DNA of 64,000 nt. It comes from Candidatus Eiseniibacteriota bacterium (GTDB lineage: Bacteria; Eisenbacteria; RBG-16-71-46; JAFGJU01). The notes below the pieces were generated by a model. That model was not told the DNA's origin, made no database searches, and worked only from the letters and a program-made list of their open reading frames with translations. This document shows, one piece after another, positions 1 through 9,651 of this stretch (the stretch's first letter is position 1; each line of letters starts with the position of its first letter). Where the stretch lies: the NCBI GenBank assembly GCA_020349905.1, contig CP070702.1, positions 2,423,176 through 2,487,175 of the forward strand. Reading direction: 5' to 3'. The position numbers were made by a program, and so were the translations under genes.

Positions 1-458
1 TGCTCGATGAGGTACCGAGAACAGAGTTCTATTTCGTGGGGATGGGGGTCCCTGTTTCCTTCGGGCCTGCATTTGATGACGTTCGTTATGTAGACATCGT
101 CCCTGCTGAGCTGGATGGCCTCTATGATGCGGGTCAGAAGTTGTCCGGCCCTGCCGACGAAGGGTTCCCCCTGTATGTCTTCGTCCCGACCGGGCGCCTC
201 GCCGACGAAGACGAGCCCCGTCCGGGCAGTCCCGGTCCCGAACACGACCTTCGTCCTGGACCGGTGAAGAGCGCATCTGGTGCAACTCCTCACTCTCTCT
301 TCAAGCCGCGCCAGCTGTTCGTCGGGCGCCGGGGAGCCTCCACCCCTATCCTCTTCTCTGGGGCCGAGCAACAGAGAGGTCTCCCCGAGAGAGAGACGAG
401 TCTGGAAGTAGTTTCGCGTATCAGAAATTAGCCTGGCGAATTCCTCCAGGTCCTTCAC
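1..458 (-). CDS. Uracil-DNA glycosylase, family 4 (partial; C-terminus lies beyond window start)
   Basis: Manual minus-strand translation gives ...LARLEERVRSCTRCALHRSRTKVVFGTGTARTGLVFVGEAPGRDEDIQGEPFVGRAGQLLTRIIEAIQLSRDDVYITNVIKCRPEGNRDPHPHEIELCSRYLIE. GEAPGxxED..PFVGxAGxLL and NxxKCRP are family-4 UDG motifs. It is absent from the ORF track because it has no stop inside the window. Probable GTG start at 458. The + strand ORF 36..431 is its antisense shadow. Confidence 0.75.
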   Translation of the reverse strand, partial: MKDLEEFARLISDTRNYFQTRLSLGETSLLLGPREEDRGGGSPAPDEQLARLEERVRSCTRCALHRSRTKVVFGTGTARTGLVFVGEAPGRDEDIQGEPFVGRAGQLLTRIIEAIQLSRDDVYITNVIKCRPEGNRDPHPHEIELCSRYLIE

Positions 459-486
459 GCCGCTGACCTCACGCCCTATCCTGAGC

Positions 487-1734
487 CTACTTCCTCAGAG
501 TCAGGATCTTCTTCAGAACCTCCCTCGCCACCTCGTACTTCGACAGACGCGGCAGCTTCTCAACGCGACCCCTGCGGTCGATCATCGAGACTATGTTCGT
601 ATCCCCCTCGAACGCCGCCCCTTCGAGGAGGGGATTGTTGACAACTATTAGATCCAGGTTCTTCTTCTTAAGCTTCGTCTTCGCCCGGGCGATCTCCTCA
701 TCGACCTCCACCGCAAAACCCACCAGGAATCGCTTCCCTTTCTTCTTTCCCAGCTCTCCCAGGATGTCCCTGGTCCCGCGTAGCCTGAGCGTGAGTTCCC
801 CGCTGCCCCGCGGAATCTTGCCCTTCTCCTGGCGCGCGGGCGCGAAGTCGCTCACGGCCGCGGTCATGATGACGACGGCCGCCTTGCGGGCAGCCGCCAT
901 GACTTCCTTTCTCATCTCCGCCGCGGTCCTGACGCTTACGAGCTTGACTCCCGAGGGAGGCGGGACGGAGGCGCGACCGCTCACAAGGGTGACGTCCGCA
1001 CCCATGTCCCTGGCAGCCGAAGCCAGGGCGTAGCCCATCTTGCCGCTCGATCTGTTCGAGACGTACCTGACGTGGTCTATGGGTTCCTCGGTCCTACCGG
1101 CGGTAACGAGCACCCTGGTGCCGGAAAACGTGCGCCTGTCGCGGAGAAGCTGCTCGACCTCCGAGACTATCCTCTCAGTGGGGGCCAGGCGGCCTTTTCC
1201 CTCTTCTCCACAGGCGAGGGCCCCGGTGTCCGGTTCCACGAAACAGTAACCCAGTGAACGTAGGCGCGATATGTTCTCCTGTACCACCGGGTTTTCCCAC
1301 ATCCGCACGTTCATGGCCGGCGCGAACACGACTTTGCCTTTAGCCGCCATGACGATGGAGCTGAGAAGGTCGTCGGCGATTCCCGAAGCCACCTTTCCTA
1401 TGATGTTCGCGGTCGCCGGCGCGATGAGGACGACGTCTGCGCCTGCCGACGCCTCGATGTGCTGAACCGAGGATGTCGTTTCCCGCGGGCCGAGACCTGC
1501 CGTCTCTTCCGGGGGACTCGCAAAGAGGTCGGTGAGAACGCCGCGACCCGAGAGGACTTCGAACGTGAGAGGCGCAACGAACTCCCTGGCTGCCCGGGTC
1601 ATGCAGACCGTCACCGTGGCTCCTCTCGAAGTGAGCTCGCGCAACAGCTCTACTCCTTTGTAGGCCGCGATGCTGCCCGTTATCCCGAGCAGCACCCTCT
1701 TTCCCTTGAACTCCGAACCGCCGACAGGTGTCAT
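487..1734 (-). CDS. coaBC: Bifunctional phosphopantothenoylcysteine decarboxylase / phosphopantothenate-cysteine ligase
   Basis: N-terminal flavoprotein motif KRVLLGITGSIAAYK and C-terminal ligase half (SNRSSGKMG). Start moved to the ATG at 1734 (MTPVGG...), which overlaps the rpoZ stop as ATGA. The upstream 70 aa of the listed ORF is Arg-rich and overlaps rpoZ. Confidence 0.9.
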   Translation of the reverse strand: MTPVGGSEFKGKRVLLGITGSIAAYKGVELLRELTSRGATVTVCMTRAAREFVAPLTFEVLSGRGVLTDLFASPPEETAGLGPRETTSSVQHIEASAGADVVLIAPATANIIGKVASGIADDLLSSIVMAAKGKVVFAPAMNVRMWENPVVQENISRLRSLGYCFVEPDTGALACGEEGKGRLAPTERIVSEVEQLLRDRRTFSGTRVLVTAGRTEEPIDHVRYVSNRSSGKMGYALASAARDMGADVTLVSGRASVPPPSGVKLVSVRTAAEMRKEVMAAARKAAVVIMTAAVSDFAPARQEKGKIPRGSGELTLRLRGTRDILGELGKKKGKRFLVGFAVEVDEEIARAKTKLKKKNLDLIVVNNPLLEGAAFEGDTNIVSMIDRRGRVEKLPRLSKYEVAREVLKKILTLRK

Positions 1735-1940
1735 TCGACCGGCCCTTCTTCCTGATGGTACGTGTGTTTCACCTTTCCTTTGCGCACTTTCTCCATGGCG
1801 GCCAGCGTCACTTTCCTCTCTTCGTCTTCGCCGGAACGCCTGAGTAATTCGTTCATGCGCCTCGCCTCTCGTGCGGCAATCATGGCAAGCTCGTACTTGT
1901 TGGGAAAGGAACCGTTGCTCTCTTCGCGAGGATTTTCCAT
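1731..1940 (-). CDS. rpoZ: DNA-directed RNA polymerase subunit omega
   Basis: NKYELAMIAAREARRMN is typical of omega. ATG at 1940 is preceded by GGAGAGGAGA 8 nt upstream. The listed 1964 start is a GTG without an RBS. Sits in the conserved yicC-gmk-rpoZ-coaBC order. Confidence 0.85.
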   Translation of the reverse strand: MENPREESNGSFPNKYELAMIAAREARRMNELLRRSGEDEERKVTLAAMEKVRKGKVKHTYHQEEGPVE

Positions 1941-1999
1941 ACAATCACTCTCCTCTCCGGGCACTCTCGTGCTGCGTCACAGGAAGCTCCACAGTATCT

Positions 2000-2641
2000 T
2001 TACCAATCTTTCACACCTGCAAAGAGGCGAGACATGCGGCACTTTTCCGCTTCGATTATGCTCTTGACTTCCCCCAGCGCCTTGCCCAGGTCGTCGTTTA
2101 TGACAAAGTAGTCGTAATGCTTCCGGTATCGCATCTCCTCCTGGGCGTTCCTGAGCCTGGTCTTCAACACGTCTTCCCCCTCGGTCTTCCTCTCTCTGAG
2201 TCTCTTCTCCAGCACCCCGAAGGAAGGAGGGACCACGAACACGAACACGCCGTCGGGGAAGACCTTCTTCATGCTGAGACCGCCCTGTACGTCCAGGTCC
2301 ATTATGACCGCCTGCCCGCGGGAAAGAAACGGTCTGACCGAGTATACCGGAGTCCCGTAGAGCTCGTCGTGGACCTGCGCCCACTCGAGTAACTCCCCGG
2401 CCTGGATCATGGCCTTGAACTTCTCGGTGTCCACGAAGTGATAGTCTCGACCGTCCACCTCCCCCTTTCTCGGGGGTCGCGTAGTGGCCGAGATGGAGTA
2501 AACGACCTCCGGGCAGTCTCTAACGACACCCTGGCAAAGTGAGGTCTTCCCTGCTCCGGAGGGGCCGGAGACCACCACGGGAAACGAGACTTTCTTGGCA
2601 CCTACGTTAATAAGACTACTCTCTCTGCTCACCTGACTCAA
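2000..2641 (-). CDS. gmk: Guanylate kinase
   Basis: P-loop GPSGAGKTSL and SATTRPPRKGEVDGRDYHFV. Confidence 0.92.
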   Translation of the reverse strand: MSQVSRESSLINVGAKKVSFPVVVSGPSGAGKTSLCQGVVRDCPEVVYSISATTRPPRKGEVDGRDYHFVDTEKFKAMIQAGELLEWAQVHDELYGTPVYSVRPFLSRGQAVIMDLDVQGGLSMKKVFPDGVFVFVVPPSFGVLEKRLRERKTEGEDVLKTRLRNAQEEMRYRKHYDYFVINDDLGKALGEVKSIIEAEKCRMSRLFAGVKDW

Positions 2642-2705
2642 CCCTCGCTATTGCTCTTCGGGGCGCCGGCGGCTCGACCGGCGCTCTTCTTCAGTGGGCA
2701 CAAAC

Positions 2706-3581
2706 TCATTCCACGTTCTGCACCTGCTCTCTCAGCTTCTCTAGCTCGTCCTTTATGACCACGACCTCGTTCACGATTTCCACGTCGGCCGCCTTCGACC
2801 CGAGAGTGTTAGCCTCGCGATTCATCTCCTGAAGCAGGAAGTTGAGTTTTCTTCCCGACGGTTCAGGAGATCCCAGGAGGTCCATGAACTGCCTCACGTG
2901 TGCCCTCAATCTCACGCATTCCTCGGAGCAATCCAACTTGTCTGCCAGGATGACGACCTCGAGCGCAAGGCGTTCCTCCGGAATCTCGGCGCCCTCCAGC
3001 AGGCCGGAAAGGCGCGAGCGAAGATTCTCCCTGGCCTCGCTGACGCGCGCCGGCGCTCTCTTCTCGATGACGTCTATGTGTTTCAGCAACCCCTCTACTC
3101 GCCCCCTCAGGTCCGCCTCGAGGCTCTCGCCTTCCGCCATTTTCATGGCCAGTACGCTGTCCAGCGCGCCCGTTACGCATTTCTGAATGAGACCCTTGCT
3201 CTTCTCCTCCTCGACCGCCACCCTGTCAGGCGTGAAGAGGTCCGGGAAGGCCGCCAGCGTTCCGAGCTCGATTTCCCCGGCCAGGCCGTATCTCTCCTTG
3301 AGCTCCTTCAGCATGCGGAAGTACCTGTCGGCAACGTCCGTGTCCAGTTCCAGGATTCCCTCGCCGCTCTCCCCGTTCCACGTTACGGCCACGCTGACCT
3401 TGCCCCGCAGTATCCTGGCTTGAACGAGGCTTCGCACTGCCGGCTCAAGATGTACGAGCCATTTTGGAAGTCTCACCGATATCTCGCAGAACCTGTGGTT
3501 CACGCTGCGGATTTCTGTCACGAGAAGCGTGCCTTCGTGCTCGACCTCGCTCCTTCCGAAACCTGTCATGCTCCTGACCAC
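2706..3581 (-). CDS. yicC: YicC-family stress-induced protein
   Basis: N-terminus MVRSMTGFGRSE, C-terminal DUF1732-like KDELEKLREQVQNVE, and position upstream of gmk. Confidence 0.85.
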   Translation of the reverse strand: MVRSMTGFGRSEVEHEGTLLVTEIRSVNHRFCEISVRLPKWLVHLEPAVRSLVQARILRGKVSVAVTWNGESGEGILELDTDVADRYFRMLKELKERYGLAGEIELGTLAAFPDLFTPDRVAVEEEKSKGLIQKCVTGALDSVLAMKMAEGESLEADLRGRVEGLLKHIDVIEKRAPARVSEARENLRSRLSGLLEGAEIPEERLALEVVILADKLDCSEECVRLRAHVRQFMDLLGSPEPSGRKLNFLLQEMNREANTLGSKAADVEIVNEVVVIKDELEKLREQVQNVE

Positions 3582-3935
3582 TTGAGGTCTCCTGCCCGTT
3601 CATTCGGCCGCGACCGACAGAGAGAGGGGCCGTCTCGCCAGATACCACCTGTAATCTGTCATGTGCTGGCAACTCCCTGAACGCATCTGAGTAAAGAGGG
3701 TTTCTCGGGGAAAATGGAACGTCTCTTGGCAAGTCACATAACAAAGTGTCCCCTATTACTCTAGGAGAGACGGGCCGCCCTGTCAATTCGAAAGTTGGGC
3801 GCAATCCCCGGGTTATTGCAACCCATTTGCCTGGGAATGGCGGAAACGAAGTTGGCGGTCTGGTCACGCGCCCACCTCTCTGCTAGACTGAGGTCGGAGA
3901 GGCGATTCTGTAGAATCACTGACGAGGGCAGCAGC

Positions 3936-5999
3936 ATGGAAAATCTGACCCTAGGAAAGCTTATCGAGGAAATCCGGCCCGAGGTTGTCGGGCGCAGGGT
4001 GAGCCGAGTGACAGGCTCTCCGCCGCTCAGTTTCCACCTGGAACTGGCTGGGCCCTCTAGGAACGACCCGCTGGCTCTCACCTTCTCGCTGGACCCTCGC
4101 TTCCCCTCCCTCCTGAAACTGGACACAGGGTCCCAGGGCGTCTCCACTGATTCGCTTGAAATCCGCTACGAAGGTACTTCGTACTTGCTTCGGGAGGTGC
4201 CGGCTGACGTGCTTCCTGAGGGGTTTGTGCGGACGATGTCGAAGCTCCTGGGGGGAACTCTGCTGGCGGGAATCGAGCAATTTGACCGCGACAGGGTGGT
4301 GAAGGCTTCCTTCGCAAGGCGAGGAGAGGAGGTTCACGCAGTGCTCTGGGCTGAGCTCTTCGGGAGAAGACCGAGCGCTGTCCTGGTTGCTTCGCCCGCA
4401 GATTCCATGCTGGCTTGCAGTCGCGAGGGAGTCTCGTCTGCGGCCGGCTCTCTCCTTAGGCCGGGAGAAAGATACGTGCCTCCTTCAGACGCGGGCAGGA
4501 CAGACGTGGAATCCCTTTCGTCTGGCGACGTTGCCGCTCTCATCCGGATGCCCGGCGAGGAACCGCTCAGCACAAGGCTCTCCCGCAGGATAAAGGGCTT
4601 AAGCCCCCAGGCAGCGGCCGCGATCGTGGAGGAACTGGGTCCCGCCACCTCGCCCGATCCCGAGACGTTGCTCGCCGGGTTGAAGGACCGCCTTCTAGGA
4701 GGCGGGCGCCGCTTTCGCACGGCCGTGAGAACGTCGGCGCACGCGCAGACCGGAGGACCGTCGGCCGAACACGCGCCGACCCGGCCTGCGCAGCCGGAAG
4801 GGTCGGGCGTGGCCAGTTTCGACGCCGTTCTCCTCCCTCTGGGCGCCGGTTCTTCTTACAAGAAAGAGGGGTTCTCGTCGAAGGAGTTCTCCACGGCCTC
4901 GGACGCAGTACGCTTCGTCTACTTTCGTCTCTGCCTGTGGTACAGGACTTCCTCCGCATCCAGGATTCGCAGGTACGCAAGTTCTGTCCTGAAGCGCCTC
5001 GAGAAGCTCAGGGCAGCGCTTCTGGATGACATGGTCTCCGCCCAAAATGCGGGGGACTTCCGAAGAACGGGAGAACTCATCTTGGCCAACCTGAGGGCGG
5101 TGGAAAAGGGAAGCGCGACACTCGAGGTGTCAGACCTGCATTCCGACGGGAAGACTCAGATAACCGTGAAGCTCGACCCTTCGCTTTCTCCGCAACGCAA
5201 CGCGGAGCGCTATTTCAAGAGAGCCAGAAAGGCGGAGCGGGCGCTGGAGCGAGTAAGGAAGCGCCTGGCTGCAGTCGAACAGGCTGCAGAATCCGCCGAG
5301 GAGTTCGCACGCGCCATCGAGGAGGAGACCTCCCTCTCGGAAGCCGCCCGTCTCACCCGGGAGCTGAACCTCCTCCTGGGTCGATTGCGCGCCCGAAAAA
5401 CCCTGGACATGCCCCCGCTCGTACCCGTGCCAGCACTGCAGGCTGAAACGGAGAAAGGAACATCGCCCCGCAGAAGAACGGCCGCTTTCCAGGTCGGCAT
5501 AAGACAGAAACCGTCCCCCCCCGGCAGGAGAGAGCGCCGTCCGGTGCGCAGGCCGACACGCGGACGACGCCCGGGAAAGGGCACTCCCCTCATGGGACGC
5601 GATGGCGAGACGACGTTTAGCCCTCGCGTCTTCGAGACCTCGGACGGATTCACGGTGCTCGTGGGAAAAAACAACAGCGAAAACGATTACATCACGCACC
5701 GTCTGGCAAAGCCCGACGACCTCTGGTTTCACGCATCTGGCATGCCAGGGTCTCACGTGGTTCTGAGGGCGAAGGGCAAATCTGCACCTTCACGGACAGC
5801 CATACGGGAGGCCGCGTCCCTGGCGGCCTATTTCAGTAAAGGCAGAACCTCTTCGGCTGTTCCGGTCATCTACACCAGGAGAAAGTACGTGCGCAAGCCC
5901 AAGGGCGCGCGCCCGGGGACGGCCACGTACACCCGCGAGGAATTCATAATGGCCAGGCCCACGAAGCCGGGGTCATCTCCTACACGACCTGTGTCTTAG
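3936..5999 (+). CDS. rqcH: RqcH/NFACT-family protein (fibronectin-binding-A-like N-domain, coiled coil, NFACT-R/DUF814)
   Basis: C-terminal DGFTVLVGKNNSENDYITHRLAKPDDLWFHASGMPGSHVVL is the NFACT-R signature. The N-domain contains QFDRDRVV (DR motif). Start placed at ATG 3936 (MENLTLGKLIEEI). The listed ORF starts 47 codons earlier. Confidence 0.7.
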   Translation: MENLTLGKLIEEIRPEVVGRRVSRVTGSPPLSFHLELAGPSRNDPLALTFSLDPRFPSLLKLDTGSQGVSTDSLEIRYEGTSYLLREVPADVLPEGFVRTMSKLLGGTLLAGIEQFDRDRVVKASFARRGEEVHAVLWAELFGRRPSAVLVASPADSMLACSREGVSSAAGSLLRPGERYVPPSDAGRTDVESLSSGDVAALIRMPGEEPLSTRLSRRIKGLSPQAAAAIVEELGPATSPDPETLLAGLKDRLLGGGRRFRTAVRTSAHAQTGGPSAEHAPTRPAQPEGSGVASFDAVLLPLGAGSSYKKEGFSSKEFSTASDAVRFVYFRLCLWYRTSSASRIRRYASSVLKRLEKLRAALLDDMVSAQNAGDFRRTGELILANLRAVEKGSATLEVSDLHSDGKTQITVKLDPSLSPQRNAERYFKRARKAERALERVRKRLAAVEQAAESAEEFARAIEEETSLSEAARLTRELNLLLGRLRARKTLDMPPLVPVPALQAETEKGTSPRRRTAAFQVGIRQKPSPPGRRERRPVRRPTRGRRPGKGTPLMGRDGETTFSPRVFETSDGFTVLVGKNNSENDYITHRLAKPDDLWFHASGMPGSHVVLRAKGKSAPSRTAIREAASLAAYFSKGRTSSAVPVIYTRRKYVRKPKGARPGTATYTREEFIMARPTKPGSSPTRPVS

Positions 6000-6329
6000 C
6001 CGCGCGCGCGAAGCCGAATTCCTCGGCCCCAAGGCCTGCGTCATAGCCAGGCCCCGGAAACACATTTCCTGCCCAGCACGACCCACGTCCCGACCTGCCC
6101 CGGAAGCGGGATTCCTTCCCGGCAAGACTCGCCTCCAAAGGACCCGAACGAGCAACGAATCGTGACCCGCTATCCCGTTGTATCATCATGAGATAGACGA
6201 CCTCAACACGGCTCTGCGCCGCAGTCATTGACCCTAAATCCTGCCCTTTTTCTGACGATAATAATGGGGAAGGCCCTACGAGCGGCTCCCTGCTGGCAGT
6301 GACGGACGCCTCGCCAGAAAACGTGACAG

Positions 6330-9300
6330 ATGAAAGAAAAGAGAATCTCTTACAATCGAACCTTCTGGTGCAAGACGGTGCTGGCCGCCTTGGGGCTCGC
6401 CGCCCTGTATTGGCTCATAGAATCTCTGGTGCACGCCTTCGTTCTCGGTGAGGGCAATCTGGCCCAGTCGCTGGCAGGATTGGACGCGCACGACGCATGG
6501 ACCCACTCCGTGGCCGCAGTGATTCTCTTTGCTGCAAGCGTCGTGTTCCAGGTCATCCTGCACGGCCGCAGGCGCAGCGTGGCGTGGGTCCAGGGTCTCA
6601 ACGCTCTGAAGGAAGAACTACTCCCAAACGGGGAACTGAACGCCAAACTTGGCAAGATAACGGATGCGGTAGTGGACGTCTTCGGCGCCGACTTCGCCCG
6701 CATCTGGATCACTGAAACCGGAGATCTCTGTAGTTCCGGGTGCGTTCACGCGGCCGCTCCAGACGATGCCAACCCCTGTCACCGGGGCCGCTGCCTGCAT
6801 CTTCTGGCCAGTTCCGGACGCTATACGCACACGGACGGCGAAGTGCACAGACGCGTCCCCCTGGGAAGCTACAAGATCGGACGCATAGCGGCGGGGGAAG
6901 ACTCAAGGTGCGTGACGAACGACGTCGCACGCGATCCGCGAATTCACGACCGGGCATGGGCGAGGGAGCTCGGGTTGGTCTCGTTCGCCGGCTACAGGCT
7001 CGCTTCCCCGGAGGGGACACCCATCGGGGTCCTGGCGCTCTTCAGCAAGCACGCCATCACGCCTCACGAGGATATGCTTCTAGAGTCCGTTGCAAGCACG
7101 GCGGCCCAGGTCATACAGACCGCAAGAGCCGAAGAAGCTGTCTTGAGAAAGACCGAACAGCAGGAAGAACTGCTGAGCGTGGCGCGACAGCTCACGGCCA
7201 CTCTGGATACCGAGGAGGTCCTGACAAGAATCGGCACCGAGGCGAAGTCCATTCTTCGGGCCTATGGGTGCGCCATATATCTGCTCGAACCAGATGGGAG
7301 CGACCTCAAGCCGGTTGTGGCTATCGAGCCACCTTACGAAGAACAAATCCTGGGGGCCACGCTGGACATCGAGACCAGCTTCACCGGCCAGGCCGTGAAG
7401 GCCGGGCGCGGCCTCATCTTCAACGAAAGCGCCTCTGACTCCAGGGGCTACCATATCCCGGGAACGGAAGAAGTCGAGAACGAGAACGTGATGGTCGCTC
7501 CTTTCCTCGTCGACGGAAACGTCGTAGGGGTCATGTGTCTCAGCCGTCTCGGCACGCGCTTTTCGACGGACGACCTCGCGCTGGCCGAGACCTTCGCAGC
7601 ATACGCGTCCGTTGCACTCAAGAACGCCACGACTCACCAGGAAACGTGCCGACAGGTGGAAAGGACGCGGCTCGCAGAGGAAGCGCTGCGGGAAAGTGAG
7701 GAGAGATTCAGGCGAGTGTTTAACCGTGTGTTCGACGCCTGCATCATGGTCGACGAGAAGCACAGGATAGTCCTGACAAACGAGGCCGCTTCCACCATGC
7801 TCGGCTACTCGCACGAGGAGTTGCGCGCAATGAGCATGAAGGACATCGTTCCGCAGTGCGAGCTGGAGAGGATGGGAGAGGTTATACAGAAAGTCCGGGA
7901 GAGTGGAGCTGAGTACGTTGGAGAGACAGCGGTTCTTACCAGGACCGGTGAGACCGTCCCCGTTGAAGCAGGCGGCGCGACAGTGAATGCGGGCGGCAAG
8001 ACGTACACCCTGAGCAGTTTCAGGGACGTTAGCCAGAGGAAGCGGGCCGAAGAGGCACTCAAGAAACGAGCTCTCGAGCTTGCTGAAAGAGTGAGGGAAC
8101 TCAAGTGTCTCTACGAGGTCACCCGCCTAATGAGGGACACGAGCCAGCCGCTGTCCAGGGTCCTGGGCGCAGCAGTGGGAGCGGTGGCTGCGGGCTGGCA
8201 GTATCCGGAGGTCGCCTGCTCGAGAATTGAGCTGAACGGGACCGTACGTTCGACCCCGCAATGGAGCCAGACTAATTGGGTACAGCGCGCTGACGTGGAA
8301 ATAGGTGGGAGGATCATCGGCTCCATCGAAGTCGCCTACCTGGAGGAGAGACCGGAGGCTGACGAGGGCGCGTTCTTGAAGGAAGAGAGAGAGCTCATAG
8401 ACACGCTCGCGACTCTCTTCGGAGACTTTGTCCGGAGAAAGGAAACAGAGGAAGCACTTCTGCAGCAGGCGTCCTTCGTCATGAACAACCCCGCCCCGGT
8501 CTTCCTCGCGGACCACGACTTGCGAATAATGGCCTGCAACACCGCTGCCTCGGATTTCTTCGAGGGCAACCTCAGTCTTGCCCGGGTTCCCGATCTCTTC
8601 CCGGGACTTACGGAATCGGTACTGAAGGACATCGAGCCCACGGTGCCGTACCAGGTGGAACAGGAGATCGACAAGAACACCCTTCTGCTCACGGTCAAGA
8701 AGGAGCCCTTTACGAGGTCCTTCTACATCTACGCGAGCGACATCAGCGACCGAAAGCTGACCGAGATGGCGCTGGCACAGAAGGCTGAAGAGCTGGCCCG
8801 GGCAAACGCCCAGCTGGAGTGCGCCAACTCGGAGCTGCTGGAACTGGACCGCATGAAGTCGGACTTTCTCTCAAACGTCTCCCACGAACTCAGGACTCCT
8901 CTCGCCGCGGTCAAAGCTTATGCCGAGACTCTTGTCGACTACAGCTCGATGCCCGAAGAGAAGCGCCATTCCTTCATGAACATAATCATAGAGCAGTCCG
9001 AAAGACTCTCCGCTGTCATCGAGGACCTGCTGGACCTCTCCAGGATAGAGGCCGGCAAGGTAAAGCTCTCCCTCGTTCCGCTTCGAGTGAAGAACGTGAT
9101 GGAGACCGCAATGCTGAGCGTTGCCCCCAGCGCAGAGAAGAAACGCATCGACATCCGTGTCGACCCGGCTTCAGAAGAGATATTCGTGGTGGCTGACGAG
9201 CAAAGGTTGGTCCAGATTCTTGTCAACCTGCTCGGTAACGCTGTCAAGTTTACCGGCCCGGGAGGATCGATAGAGCTCTGCTCCACGCCTGCCGCCAGCG

Positions 9301-9626
9301 CTCAGGGAGAGGACCAGAGTGAAGAGGCAAGACCTGCCTACGCCCGCATAACCGTCTCGGACAACGGCGAGGGAATCCCGTCTGAGGAGCAGGAACGAGT
9401 CTTCGACAAGTTCAAGCAGGTGGCAAACAGCATCAAGGGAAAGCCGGGGGGAACCGGGCTGGGCCTGGCTATCTGCAAGGATCTGGTGGAAAACATGGGG
9501 GGACGCATCTGGGTGGAGAGCGAAGTCCGGAAGGGCAGCAGGTTCCACTTCACCCTACCCCTGGCACAGGACGCCGGTTCGGAGGACACGCTCGAAGAAG
9601 CAGAGAGCAGCCAGCGGGTCAGCTAG
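6330..9626 (+). CDS. Membrane sensor histidine kinase (TM, GAF, GAF, PAS, uncharacterised WQYPE module, PAS-like, HisKA, HATPase_c)
   Basis: Two N-terminal hydrophobic segments. H-box FLSNVSHELRTPLAAVKAY. N/G boxes LLGNAVKFT, DNGEGIP and GTGLGLAICKDLV. PAS segment around EERFRRVFN. No response regulator lies adjacent. Confidence 0.85.
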   Translation: MKEKRISYNRTFWCKTVLAALGLAALYWLIESLVHAFVLGEGNLAQSLAGLDAHDAWTHSVAAVILFAASVVFQVILHGRRRSVAWVQGLNALKEELLPNGELNAKLGKITDAVVDVFGADFARIWITETGDLCSSGCVHAAAPDDANPCHRGRCLHLLASSGRYTHTDGEVHRRVPLGSYKIGRIAAGEDSRCVTNDVARDPRIHDRAWARELGLVSFAGYRLASPEGTPIGVLALFSKHAITPHEDMLLESVASTAAQVIQTARAEEAVLRKTEQQEELLSVARQLTATLDTEEVLTRIGTEAKSILRAYGCAIYLLEPDGSDLKPVVAIEPPYEEQILGATLDIETSFTGQAVKAGRGLIFNESASDSRGYHIPGTEEVENENVMVAPFLVDGNVVGVMCLSRLGTRFSTDDLALAETFAAYASVALKNATTHQETCRQVERTRLAEEALRESEERFRRVFNRVFDACIMVDEKHRIVLTNEAASTMLGYSHEELRAMSMKDIVPQCELERMGEVIQKVRESGAEYVGETAVLTRTGETVPVEAGGATVNAGGKTYTLSSFRDVSQRKRAEEALKKRALELAERVRELKCLYEVTRLMRDTSQPLSRVLGAAVGAVAAGWQYPEVACSRIELNGTVRSTPQWSQTNWVQRADVEIGGRIIGSIEVAYLEERPEADEGAFLKEERELIDTLATLFGDFVRRKETEEALLQQASFVMNNPAPVFLADHDLRIMACNTAASDFFEGNLSLARVPDLFPGLTESVLKDIEPTVPYQVEQEIDKNTLLLTVKKEPFTRSFYIYASDISDRKLTEMALAQKAEELARANAQLECANSELLELDRMKSDFLSNVSHELRTPLAAVKAYAETLVDYSSMPEEKRHSFMNIIIEQSERLSAVIEDLLDLSRIEAGKVKLSLVPLRVKNVMETAMLSVAPSAEKKRIDIRVDPASEEIFVVADEQRLVQILVNLLGNAVKFTGPGGSIELCSTPAASAQGEDQSEEARPAYARITVSDNGEGIPSEEQERVFDKFKQVANSIKGKPGGTGLGLAICKDLVENMGGRIWVESEVRKGSRFHFTLPLAQDAGSEDTLEEAESSQRVS

Positions 9627-9651
9627 CCCTGGTCTGACCGGTCGTGCGCGC

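Noticed and set aside
36-431. 131-aa + strand ORF at the window start
   Set aside because: It is antisense to a clearly recognisable family-4 UDG reading frame. Its translation is low-complexity (P/G/R-rich) with no motifs.
487-1944. N-terminally extended versions of coaBC (485 aa). The same applies to murA (15006..16472), thiL (59657..61240), atpA (35111..36823), priA, tilS, prfA and the HD-GYP regulator (40921..42588).
   Set aside because: The extensions are Arg-rich, overlap the upstream gene or lack an RBS. Internal starts give canonical N-termini, proper RBS spacing and often ATGA/TGATG coupling with the upstream gene.
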